This document shows positions 55,159 to 56,264 of a stretch of DNA of 56,264 nucleotides, one piece after another; position 1 is the first letter of the stretch; each line of letters opens with the position of its first letter. The translations under genes and the position numbers were made by a program. The notes below the pieces were generated by a model. It had not been told where the DNA came from. It saw only the letters and a list, made by a program, of their open reading frames with translations, and did not search any database. This DNA is from an uncultured Treponema sp. Lineage in GTDB: Bacteria; Spirochaetota; Spirochaetia; Treponematales; Treponemataceae. The stretch covers positions 1-56,264 of the forward strand of contig CAMHIV010000001.1 of assembly GCA_946185185.1 (NCBI GenBank). Reading direction: 5' to 3'.

Positions 55159-56264
55159 ATGTCTAGAGTATGGAATTTTAGTGCAGGACCAAGCTGCCTG
55201 CCGGAAGATGTTCTTAAAGAATGTGCTGCTGAAATGATGGAATACGGCACAACTGGTCAGTCTGTAATGGAAATGAGCCACCGTTCAAAGGCTTATGAAC
55301 CAATTATTCAGGATGCTGAAGCAATGGTTCGCAAGTTGATGAAGGTTCCTGAAAACTACAAAATCCTGTTCGTTCAGGGAGGTGGTTCTACTCAGTTTGC
55401 AATGGTTGCACAGAACCTTGGTATCAAAAACAAGAAAGCTGCTTACATCGAAACTGGTGTTTGGGCAAAAAAAGCTGCTGCTGAAGCAAAAAAACTTGGC
55501 GTTGCTGTTGATGTAATTGCATCTAGCAAGGACAAGAACTATTCATATATCCCAAAAGTTGAAAAAATCGAAGGCGACTATGATTACGCTTACATCTGTT
55601 TTAACAACACAATCATGGGAACACACTACGAATATATCCCTGAAACAGGAAATATTCCTTTGGTAGCTGATATTTCTTCTTGTGTTTTGAGCGAAGAACT
55701 GGACGTTTCTAAGTTCGGTCTTCTTTTTGCAGGTGCTCAGAAGAACCTTGCTCCAGCAGGTGTTACTCTTGTTATCATCCGCGAAGATTTGATCTGCGAA
55801 CCGGAAGCTTGTCTTCCTGGAACTCCAACAATGCTCTGCTACAAAACTCACGCAGACAATGATTCTATGTACAATACTCCTCCATGCTACACAATCTACG
55901 TTCTTGGAAAAGTTCTTCACTGGATTGAAAAGAACGGCGGTGCTGCTGGAATCAATAAGTTGAACGTAGCTAAGGCTGATTTGCTTTACAACTACCTTGA
56001 CAACAACGAAGGAAACTTCTATCACGCAACAGCCGTTAAGGGAAGCCGCTCATTGATGAACGTTCCTTTCCTTACAAAATACTCTACAGCAGAAACTGCT
56101 GCAGCAGCTAAGAAAGACGAAGCTGATCGCACAGACGCTGAAAAAGCCGCTCTTGCAAAAGAAAAGGAAATCAACGACAAGTTCGTAAAAGAAGCAGCTG
56201 CAGCCGGCCTTGTAAACCTCAAAGGTCACCGCCTTGTAGGTGGTATGCGCGCTTCTATCTACAA
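55159..56264 (+). CDS. serC: Phosphoserine aminotransferase, 3'-truncated by the window edge
   Basis: Translated by hand: MSRVWNFSAGPSCLP, SVMEMSHRS, AGAQKNLAPAG, SMYNTPP, GHRLVGGMRASIY; absent from the ORF track because it has no stop in the window. Confidence 0.96.
   Translation, partial: MSRVWNFSAGPSCLPEDVLKECAAEMMEYGTTGQSVMEMSHRSKAYEPIIQDAEAMVRKLMKVPENYKILFVQGGGSTQFAMVAQNLGIKNKKAAYIETGVWAKKAAAEAKKLGVAVDVIASSKDKNYSYIPKVEKIEGDYDYAYICFNNTIMGTHYEYIPETGNIPLVADISSCVLSEELDVSKFGLLFAGAQKNLAPAGVTLVIIREDLICEPEACLPGTPTMLCYKTHADNDSMYNTPPCYTIYVLGKVLHWIEKNGGAAGINKLNVAKADLLYNYLDNNEGNFYHATAVKGSRSLMNVPFLTKYSTAETAAAAKKDEADRTDAEKAALAKEKEINDKFVKEAAAAGLVNLKGHRLVGGMRASIY

Noticed and set aside
55543-56222. Minus-strand ORFs in the track at the window end
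   Set aside because: Antisense to serC, which is the real gene here

Overview
AT-rich bacterial chromosomal segment, most likely from a gut or rumen Treponema (inferred from the archaeal-type PheT, the XPB-helicase gene pair and PTS genes without permeases). About 45 genes, mostly housekeeping, envelope and signalling: class III cyclase, patatin, RidA, PIN toxin-antitoxin pair, an LpoB/LPP20-like envelope cluster, a GH13-kinase fusion, pheT, a MarR-TolC-MFP-RND operon, XPB plus partner, ribD, MCP plus sugar-binding protein, ptsI, der, ettA, rex and a 3'-truncated serC that the ORF track missed. I saw no rRNA, tRNA, CRISPR array or transposase. The most unusual signals are (1) a 23-bp REP-like unit, CGGT-XYZ-TGAG-N4-TCGAA-Z'Y'X', found 15 times at 7 loci with covarying stems; it forms inverted doublets, inserts into itself at a fixed position (up to three levels deep) and sits inside the pheT coding sequence without breaking its frame; (2) an apparently leaderless acidic uORF, MAEPIDDMP, directly upstream of ettA, a candidate feedback leader peptide; (3) a terminated sRNA candidate whose CU-rich loop is complementary to a GA-rich loop in the leader of an outer-membrane-protein gene. 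Family names come from motif recognition by eye; no database search was run.
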